Source: Octopus sinensis (Eukaryota). From it: a DNA stretch of 11,321 nucleotides. Under the pieces are notes generated by a model. That model saw only the letters and a program-made list of their open reading frames with translations, had not been told where the DNA came from and made no database searches. The translations under genes were made by a program, and so were the position numbers. The stretch lies in contig NW_021827035.1 in assembly GCF_006345805.1 (NCBI RefSeq), forward strand, positions 1 through 11,321, given 5' to 3'. Shown one piece after another: positions 1 to 7,750 of this stretch (positions are counted from its first letter, which is position 1; every line of letters begins with the position of its first letter).

Positions 1-92
1 ACTAGAAATAGCAGTTAATCTCCAAGCCATTAATAGTTGTAATTCTGACATAAGAGAAATTAGTGGTTTGGAGTTTAACTGCTATTTCTAGT
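1..92. repeat. Long inverted repeat/hairpin (MITE-like); may extend left of the window
   Basis: 1-18 (actagaaatagcagttaa) is the exact reverse complement of 75-92. Arms 1-34 and 59-92 match at 31/34, around a 24-nt loop. Confidence 0.85.
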
Positions 93-148
93 GAGTCGGA
101 TGTCCAACTATGGCCATCTCTTATATGTTTGAATGTATATTATATAGT

Positions 149-741
149 CTCTCTCTTTTACTCTTTTAGTTGTTTCAGTCATTTGACTGCGGCCATGCTG
201 GAGCACCGCCTTTTTTTAGTCGAGCAACTCGACCCCGGGACTTATTCTTTTTGTAAGCCCGGTACTTATTATATCGGTCTCCTTTTGCCGAAACCACTAA
301 GTGACGTGGACGTAAACACACCAGCATCGGTTGTCAAGCAATGCTAGGGGGACAAACACAGACACACAAACACACATACATATATATATACATAAATACG
401 ACAGGCTTCTTTCAGTTTCCGTCTACCAAATCCACTCACAAGGCTTTGGTCGGCCCGAGGCTATAGTAGAAAACACTCACCCAAGGTGCCACGCAGTGGG
501 ACTGAACCCGGAACCATGTGGTTGGTAAGCAAGCTACTTACCATACAGCCACTCCTACACCAATATATATATATATACGACGGGCTTCTTTCAGTTTCCG
601 TCTACCAAATCCACTCACAAAGCTTTGGTCGGCCCGCGGCTATAGTAGAAGACACTTGCCCAAGGTGCCACGCAGCGGGACTGAACCCGGAACCATGTGG
701 CTGGTTAGCAAGCTACTTACCACACAGTCACTCCTGCGCCT
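149..741 (-). mobile_element. tRNA-derived CORE-like SINE (family 1), two tandem heads plus one body/tail
   Basis: On the minus strand, heads at ~577-741 and ~398-561 each carry degenerate A-box (consensus TGGCTGTGTGG) and B-box (GGTTCAGTCCC) matches. They are separated by (TA)n and followed by (TA/TG)n, the body, the CAGTC-AAAT-GACTG hairpin and a TAAAAGAG-type tail. Homologous to 2801-3200. Confidence 0.9.
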
Positions 742-1047
742 AGTACTTATTCTATTGGTCTCTTTTGCCGAACCGCTAAGTGACGGGTACGTAAACACAC
801 CAGCATCGGTTGTCAAGCAATGCTAGGGAGCCAAACACAGACACACAAACACATATACACACATATATATATATACATATATACGACAGGCTTCTTTCAG
901 TTTCCGTCTACCATATCCACTCACAAGGAATTGGTCGGCTCGGGGCTATAGCAGAAGACACTTGCCCAAGATGCCACGCAGTGGGACTGAACCCGGAACA
1001 ATGTGGTTGGTTAGCAAGCTACTTACCACACAGCCACTCCTGTGCCT
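738..1047 (-). mobile_element. Family 1 SINE, single head, 3'-truncated and fused to the head of the next copy
   Basis: Head ~883-1047, microsatellite ~835-882, body stops at ...aataagtactAGGC (738-741). Those four bases are also the first bases of the adjacent head. Confidence 0.88.
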
Positions 1048-1106
1048 ATATATATAAATTGAGATAGGGGTTGTGAGTGCAACCCACCATGGGATAACAT
1101 ATTTTG

Positions 1107-1112
1107 TATATA

Positions 1113-1145
<33 letters not shown>
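1107..1145. repeat. (TA)n microsatellite
   Basis: Directly visible dinucleotide run. Confidence 0.95.
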
Positions 1146-1148
<3 letters not shown>

Positions 1149-1151
1149 AGG

Positions 1152-1410
1152 CCATCACGCTTCAGGACCTGTTACTGCAACAGCCTGGATTTCAAGGGCC
1201 CACAGCTTTTTAATATTCTCCCAAAGAGTCTGAGGAACTTGCACAAAGTAGATGTAGGGGTTTTTAAATCAAAGCTGGACATCTTCCTATCGAGAGTCCC
1301 AGATGAACCTACCTCACGGCAAGAGGTGCAAATGTGAGTAGCTATATCAAACTCCATTCTTCACCAAGTGCCACATATTAGAGGAGGTTCTTAGTAATAA
1401 CAGTATAGCA
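1152..1410 (+). mobile_element. CR1-group non-LTR retrotransposon, ORF2 extreme C-terminal fragment (LINE family A), nonsense-disrupted
   Basis: Translation PSRFRTCYCNSLDFKGPQLFNILPKSLRNL...FKSKLDIFLSRVPDEP...QM*VAISNSILHQVPHIRGGS* fits the GPxLFNxLP...FKxxLDxFL..VPDEP...SNS C-terminal pattern of invertebrate CR1-group ORF2. In-frame TGA at 1335-1337; probable natural stop TAG at 1392-1394. Confidence 0.72.
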
Positions 1411-1932
1411 GCCATCTATTTAAAACTGTATACAGCTATGGTACGACCACAATTGGAATTCGCATCATCAGTTTGGAACCCCTATCTTGCTCATAACATT
1501 GACCTCCTGGAATCTATCCAGAGACGTGCAACCAAACGCATACCCTCCATCAGACACCTACCATATTCTGAGCGCCTTGTTTCCCTGGGCATGGATTCAC
1601 TGAAGCTCCGGCGTCTGGCGACGGACTTGGTAAACACCTACAAAGTTACAACCACCTCACCAACAACAACCCGAACACCTTTTTGATCTCCATGTTGTCT
1701 AACACACTGGACATGCCTACAAAGTCAGAAACAACACAGCTCCTTCCATGACTTTCGGAAACATTTTTTCACGCTCAGAGTTGCTGAAGCATGGAATAAA
1801 CTGCCTGCGTTAGTTGTTGACTGCCATGACACTGCATCCTTTAAGGCCCTCATGCTTTCTGAAATCCGCCGAAACTACACCTGATTATATATACACTTTA
1901 GATGAGTTGTAGTGCACCTGAGCACTGTACAC
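1409..1932 (+). mobile_element. CR1-clade LINE ORF2 3' fragment (family B, copy 1), frameshifted, with short 3' UTR
   Basis: LY..MVRPQLEFASSVWNPY...LESIQRRATK...YSERL..LG..SLKLRR motif; 54/70 aa identical to the 10409-10993 copy. Frameshifts after ~1648; stop at 1882-1884; 3' end gtgcacctgagcactgtacaca. Confidence 0.9.
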
Positions 1933-2780
1933 ATCATCATCATCATCATCATCATTTAGCGGTTCAACTGGGGTCTGTGAAGCTGGAAGGCTTCATCAGG
2001 CCCAGTCAAATCTGGCAGTGTTTCTACGGCTGGATGCTCTTCCTAACGCCAACCACTCCGTGAGTGTAGTGGGTGCTTTTTACGTGCCACCCACACAGGT
2101 GCCAGACATGGCTGGCAAACGGCCACGAACGGATGGTGCTTTTACGTGTCACCGGCACGGGGGCCAGGCGACGCTGGCAACGGACACGAATGGATGGTGC
2201 TTTTACGTGTCACTGACACGGGGGCCAGACAGAGCTGGCAAACGGCCACAAACGGATGGTACTTTTACCTGTCACCGACACGGGGCCCAGGCGAGGCTGG
2301 CAACAGACACGAACGGATGGTGCTTTTACGTGCCACAAACACAGGGGCCAGACAGAGCTGGCAAACGGCCATGAAACGGATGGTGCTTTTACGTGCCACC
2401 AACACGGGGGCCAGACAGAGCTGGCAAACGGGCACGAACGGATGGTGCTTTTACGTGCCACCAACACGGGGGCCAGACAGAGCTGGCAAACGGCCATGAA
2501 ACGGATGCTGCTTTTACGTGTCACCGGCAGGGGGCCAGGCGAGGCTGGCAGATGGCCACGCTCGGATGGTGTTTTTATGTGCCACCGACACAAGTGCCAG
2601 ACGAGGCTGGCGAACGGCCACGATCAGATGGTGTTTGTTACGTGCCCACAGCACGGAGGCCAGTCGATGCGGTACTGGCGACGGCCACGTTTGGATGGTT
2701 TTCTTATGTGCCACCGGCACTGGTACCACAAAGATACAAATTCCATTGATGTTCATCTATTTTGGTTTGGTTTGATTTTT
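1933..2780 (-). mobile_element. Non-coding (GAT)n-tailed retroposon with internal VNTR (probable RTE-dependent non-autonomous element), copy 1
   Basis: (CAT)n at ~1932-1955 is the 3' tail on the minus strand. Colinear in reverse with 8660-9267, including the shared 5' segment aatggaatttgtatc and the GGCGTTAGGAAGxGCATCCAGC motif. Begins with AAATC/AAACC pentamers. The RTE link is inferred. Confidence 0.75.
2071..2722. repeat. GC-rich minisatellite, 10 units of 61-66 bp
   Basis: Anchor ta(c/t)gtg (one tacctg variant) recurs at 2081, 2143, 2204, 2266, 2327, 2390, 2452, 2515, 2576, 2639 and 2705. Confidence 0.95.
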
Positions 2781-2800
2781 GGTATAAAATATATATATAT

Positions 2801-3200
2801 AGGCACAGGAGTGGCTGTGTGGTAAGTAGCTTGCTAACCAACCACATGGTTCCGGGTTCAGTCCCACTGCGTGGCATCTTGGGCAAGTGTCTTCTGCTAT
2901 AGCCCCGGGCCGACCAAAGCCTTGTGAGTGGATTTGGTAGATGGAAACTGAAAGAAGCCTGTCGTATATATGTATATATATATATATATGTATGTATGTG
3001 TGTGTTTGCGTGTCTGTGTTTGTCCCCCTAGCATTGCTTGACAACCGATGCTGGTGTGTTTACATCCCCGGTTCGGCAAAAGAGACCGATAGAATAAGTA
3101 CTGGGCTTACAAAGAATAAGTCCCGGGGTCGATTTGCTCGACTAAAGGCGATGCTCCAGCATGGCCACAGTCAAATGACTGAAACAAGTAAAATAGTAAA
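2801..3200 (+). mobile_element. Family 1 SINE, full-length monomer
   Basis: A box 2812-2822, B box 2855-2865, CORE-like cttgggcaagt 2878-2888, internal (TA)/(TG) tract ~2965-3020, body with a 10-nt deletion at ~3070, 3' hairpin cagtc-aaat-gactg, tail agtaaaatagtaaa. Probably one of the described octopus tRNA-SINEs (OK/OR1/OR2 type), but I cannot assign which. Confidence 0.92.
2812..2865 (+). promoter_or_regulatory. Type-2 RNA polymerase III internal promoter (A and B boxes); representative of the 18 family 1 heads
   Basis: TGGCTGTGTGG resembles TRGCNNARYGG and GGTTCAGTCCC resembles GGTTCGANNCC, with tRNA-like spacing of 32 nt. Confidence 0.75.
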
Positions 3201-3236
3201 TACACATATTTTTAAATATTGGTATAAAATACTTAC

Positions 3237-3374
3237 CATTTGCTGAGGCGATCTCGACTTTTCCATACTATCGCTCTTTGTATTAGTAAATTCTTTTGTC
3301 GGTTGGTACTAATAAGCCAGTTGGTTGTACTAGTAGTACTAGTAGCAATGCTTGGTTTTTGTTAGTAAAAACAT
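3237..3374 (-). other. Candidate 138-nt exon (non-coding, UTR or degraded)
   Basis: Minus strand has acceptor ccttctttttcAG|ATG at 3375/3374 and donor ATG|GTAAGTAT at 3237/3236, in unique DNA. All three frames contain a stop. Confidence 0.3.
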
Positions 3375-3430
3375 CTGAAAAAGAAGGTTTTGATATGAAG
3401 AATATTTATAAATCAAACATGTTACTCTGT

Positions 3431-3787
3431 GCGCAGGAGTGGCTGTGTGGTAAGTAGCTTGTTTACCAACCACATGGTTCCGGGTTCAGTCCTACTACGT
3501 GGCACCATGGCCAAGTGTCTTCTACTATGGCCTCATGCCGACCAAAGCCTTGTGAGTGGATTTGGTAGACGGAAACTGAAAGAAGCCTGTTGTATATATG
3601 TATATATATATATATAGGCTTAGGAGTGGCTGTGTGGTAAGTAGCTTGCTTACGAACCACATGGTTCTGGGTTCAGTCCTACTGCGTGGCACCTTGGGCA
3701 AGTGTCATCTACTATGGCCTCGGGCCGACCAAAGCCTTGTGAGTGGATTTGGTAGACGGAAACTGAAAGAAGCCCGTCGTATATATG

Positions 3788-3825
<38 letters not shown>

Positions 3826-4048
3826 GTGTTTGTGTGTCTGTTTGTCCCCCTAGCATTGCTTGACAACCAATGCTGGTTTTTGATGTATGTCCCCGTCACT
3901 TAGCGGTTCGGCATAAGAGACGATAGAATAAGTACTGGGCTTACAAAGAATAAGTCGCGGGGTCGAGTTGCTCGACTAAAAGGCGGTGCTCCAGCATGGC
4001 CGCATCAAATGACTGAAACAAGTAAAAGAATAAAAGAATAAACGAATA
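3431..4048 (+). mobile_element. Family 1 SINE, two heads plus body/tail
   Basis: Heads 3431-3592 and 3617-3779 separated by (TA)n; body ~3820-4020; tail agtaaaagaataaaagaataaacgaata. Confidence 0.92.
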
Positions 4049-5037
4049 CTCTCTTTACTCTTTTACTCTTGACTTGTTTCAGTCTTTTGACTGTGGCCAT
4101 GCTGGAGCACCGCCTTTAGTCTAGCAAATCGACCCCAGTACTTATTCTTTGTAAGCCTAGTACTTATTCTATCGGTCGCTTTTGCCGAACCGCTAAGTGA
4201 CGGGGACATAAACACACCAGCATCGGTTGTCAAACAATGCTAGAAGGACAAACACAGACACACAAACACATATACACACATATATATATACATATATATA
4301 TACATATATATGACAGGCTTCTTTCAGTTTCCGTCTACCAAATCCACTCACAAGGCATTGGTCGGCCCGGGGCTATAGTAGAAGACACTTGCCGAAGATG
4401 CCACGCAGTGGGACTGAACCTGGAACCATGTGGTTGGTAAGCAAGCTACTTACCACACACCCACTCCTACGCCTATATGTATATATATATACATACATAT
4501 ATACGACAGGCTTCTTTCAGTTTCCGTCTACCAAATCCACTCACAAGGCATTGGTCGGCCCGGGGCTATAGCAGAAGATACTTGCCCAAGATGCCACGCA
4601 GTGGGACTGAACCTGGAACCATGTGTTTGGTTAGCAAGCTACTTACCACACAGCCACTCCTACGCCTATATATAAATATACATATATACGACAGGCTTCT
4701 TTCAGTTTCCGTCTACCAAATCCACTCACAAGGCATTGGTCGGCCCCGGGCTCTAGCAGAAGACACTTGCCCAAGATGCCACGCAGTGGGACTGAACCCG
4801 GAACCTTGTGGTTGGTAAGCAAGTTACTTACCACACAGCCACTCCTACGCAATATATATATATATACATATATACGACAGGCATCTTTCAGTTTCTGTCT
4901 ACCAAATCCACTCACAAGGCATTGGTCGGCCCGGGGCTATAGCAGAAGACACTTGCCGAAGATGCCACGCAGTGGGACTGAACCCGGAACCATGTGGTTG
5001 GTAAGCAAGCTACTTACCACACAGCCACACCTACACC

Positions 5038-5070
<33 letters not shown>

Positions 5071-5103
5071 TATATATATAATATATATATCTATATATAT
5101 ATA

Positions 5104-5141
<38 letters not shown>

Positions 5142-5142
5142 T

Positions 5143-5175
<33 letters not shown>

Positions 5176-5511
5176 CGACCGCTTCTTTCAGTTCCGTCTA
5201 CCAAACCACTCACAAGGCATGGGTCCGGCCGGGGCTATAGCAGAAGACACTTGCCCAAGATGCCACGCAGTGGGACTGAACCTGGAACCATGTGGTTGGT
5301 TAGCAAGCTACTTACCACACAGCCACTCCTACACTTATATATATATACGTCGGGCTTCTTTCAGTTTCCGTCTACCAAATCCACTCACAAGGCATTGGTC
5401 GGCCTGGGGCTATAGCAGAAGATACTTGCCCAAGGTGCCACGCAGTGGGACTGAACCCGGAACCATGTGGTTGGTTAGCAAGCTACTTACCACACAGCCA
5501 CTCCTGCGCCT
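4047..5511 (-). mobile_element. Family 1 SINE, six tandem heads plus one body/tail
   Basis: Tail/body 4047-4265; heads ~4311-4474, 4503-4667, 4688-4850, 4874-5038, 5174-5336 and 5346-5511, separated by TA-rich spacers. Confidence 0.92.
5038..5174. repeat. Long imperfect (TA)n tract inside the SINE array
   Basis: About 135 nt of almost pure A/T alternation. Confidence 0.95.
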
Positions 5512-5562
5512 GGGGATGGAATATTAATTAGTCGACAGTAATTGTTGTTGGAGAAATATTTC

Positions 5563-5736
5563 CTCTGAGTTCAAATTCCGCCGAGGTCGACTTTGCCTTT
5601 CATCCTTTCAGGGGTCGATTAAATAAGTACCAGTTACGCACTGGGGGTGTCGATGTAATCGACTTAATCCGTTTGTCTGTCCTTGTTTGTCCCTTCTGTG
5701 TTTAGCCCCTTGTGGGTAGTAAAGAAATAGAAATAG
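5563..5736 (+). mobile_element. Second tRNA-derived SINE family (family 2), 5'-truncated
   Basis: Starts at B-box-like GAGTTCAAATTCC (5567-5579) with no A box. Continues gtcgactttgcctttcatcctttcaggggtcgattaaataagtaccag, a central segment I recall from invertebrate SINEs, and ends in aaagaaatagaaatag. Confidence 0.7.
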
Positions 5737-5874
5737 GTATTTCATCTGAGCTGTCACTGGTGGATGAGGGGGAGGGGTAAATAAAGGAGAGGGAAGGGCA
5801 ATGAGGTTGCGGGGGAAGAGAGGAGGCGAGCGGTGGCCCTTTCAAATGTCTGATGTGGCTGACTGGGTACGTTA

Positions 5875-5905
5875 GGGGTTTGGGTTTGGGTTTGGGTGGT
5901 GGGGG
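5875..5905 (+). other. G-quadruplex-forming motif
   Basis: GGGG-TTT-GGG-TTT-GGG-TTT-GGG-TGGT-GGGGG matches the canonical G3+N1-7 x4 pattern. Confidence 0.7.
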
Positions 5906-6138
5906 CTTGTTAAAGGGGAAGCAGAAAGGATGGTCTTTAATGATAGTGAATACACTGATACCTTTTGCTTCCGTTGATGATGATGATGCTTATAATGATG
6001 TTATTGTGGTCCTTAGGTGGGGGTTTAATGGGAGGGGCAGGTGGTTGATTGGTGAGGGTAGTTTTAAAGAAACTGTCAGCAAAACACAGTGACCCAGGAG
6101 GGGGAGAGGAGATCGGCAGGTGTGCAGGCAAGCAGCGG

Positions 6139-7365
6139 GTGTGTGTCTGTGTGTCACAGTCTTTAGAGAAATTTAATTGCAATGTAGTCTGGTTTTAAAT
6201 ACACACCCGGGTTTTATATGTGTGTGTGTCAGTGTGTCACGGCTTTTGAGAAATTTAGTTGTGATGTAGTCTGGTTTTAAATAAACATCGGGGTTTATAT
6301 GTGTGTGTGTCAGTGTGTCACAGTCTTTGAGAAATTTAGTTGTAATGTAATGTAGTCTGGTTTTAAATACACACCGGTTTATATGTGTGTGTGTGTCCGT
6401 GTGTCACGGCCTTTGAGAAATTTAGTTGCAATGTAGTCTGGTTTTAAATAAACACCGGGGTTTATATGTGTGTGTGTCAGTGTGTCATGGCCTTTGAGAA
6501 ATTTAGTTGTGATGTAGTCTGGTTTTAAATAAACACCGGGGTTTATATGTGTGTCCGTGTGTCACGGCTTTTGAGAAATTTAATTCCAGGTGGTTGTGGA
6601 GGTGATGATGACGATTATGATGATGTTAGTGATGGAGGTAGTAGCGGTGATGATGATAGAGATGTCTATGAAAGCAGTCAGTCATGTATTTAAATCAACA
6701 CCGGTTTATATGTGTGTGTGTCCGTGTGTCACGGCTTTTGAGAAATTTAATTCCAGGTGGTTGCGGAGGTGATGATGACGATTATGATGATGTTAGTGAT
6801 GGAGGTAGTAGTGGTGGAGATGATAGAGATGTCTATGAAAACAGTCAGTCATGTATTTAAATCAACACCGGTTTATATGTGTGTGTGTCCGTGTGTCACA
6901 GCCTTTGAGAAATTTAATTGTAATGTAGTCTGGTTCGGCTCCTTATAGTTGCAATCTCCGGTACGTATTCCCTATATGGTAAAATTCTGCCTTCCTTCCT
7001 TCCAGGTGGTTGTGGAGATGTATATGTGTGTGTGTCAGTGTGTCACGTCTTTTGAGAAATTGAATTCCAGGTGGTTGTGGAGGTGATGATGACGATGATG
7101 ATGATGGTAGTGATGGAGGTAGTAGTGGTGATGATGATAGAGATGTCTATGAAAACAGTCAGTCATGTATTCAAATAAACACCGGGTTTATATGTGTGTG
7201 TGTCCGTGTGTCACGGCTTTTGAGAAATTTAATTCCAGGTGGTTGCGGAGGTGATGATGACGATGATGATGATGTTAGTGATGGAGGTAGTAGTGGTGAT
7301 GATGATAGAGATGTCTATGAAAACAGTCAGTCATGTATTTGAATAAACACCGGTTTATATATGTG
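6139..7365. repeat. Composite satellite: five ~77-86 bp units then four ~167 bp units sharing a common ~55-bp module
   Basis: Anchor gagaaatt at 6166, 6248, 6329, 6415, 6496, 6573, 6740, 6907, 7054 and 7222. Short spacer agttgtgatgtagtctggtttt; long spacer is (GAT/GGT)-rich. One unique interruption at ~6936-7000. Confidence 0.93.
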
Positions 7366-7520
7366 GTTATATGTGTGTTCATATGTATGTAATATATTTT
7401 CCTTGCTCTTATAATTTTTTTTCTTTCTGAGAATATAAATAATAAAAGGAGAGAAAAAAATATTTCAAATATTTGATAAATATAATTATTTTTAATAATT
7501 ATAATTATATTTGATAAATA

Positions 7521-7703
7521 TTACTCTTCTACTTGTTTCAGTCATTTGACTGCGGCCATGCTGGAGCACCGCCCTTTAGTCGAGCAACTCGACCCCAGGG
7601 ACTTATTCTTTTTGTAAGCCCAGTACTTATTCTATCGGTCTCTTTTTGCCGAACCGCTATGTGACGGGGACGTAAACACACAATGCTAGGGGAACAAACA
7701 CAG

Positions 7704-7750
<47 letters not shown>

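Noticed and set aside
331-1067. Recurrent ORFs such as MPRSGTEPGTMWLVSKLLTT and YDRLLSVSVYQIHSQG (also 2704-3079, 3429-3903, 4237-5527, 7538-8467, 9821-10015)
   Set aside because: They are translations of the non-coding SINE in several frames and on both strands, broken by microsatellites. Not a gene family.
2018-2825. Long overlapping ORFs in the GC-rich minisatellites (also 8679-9229)
   Set aside because: Unit lengths of 61-66 bp shift frame and most frames are open because the repeat is stop-poor. No recognisable domain.
2801-2876. Possible tRNA genes at SINE heads
   Set aside because: A/B boxes are present, but I cannot fold a proper acceptor stem or anticodon arm, there is no T-run terminator, and each continues into SINE core sequence.
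6590-6948. Met/Val-rich ORFs MVVEVMMTIMMM...
   Set aside because: Translation of the (GAT/GGT)-rich satellite spacer; the 167-bp period is not a multiple of three.
6961-7005. GTACGT...ccttccttccttccAG resembling a 45-nt intron
   Set aside because: Very short, flanked by satellite rather than coding sequence, and without supporting evidence.
6139-7365. CRISPR-like repeat-spacer appearance (also the 62-bp arrays)
   Set aside because: Spacers are themselves repeated, the repeats are long and degenerate, there are no cas genes and the context is eukaryotic.
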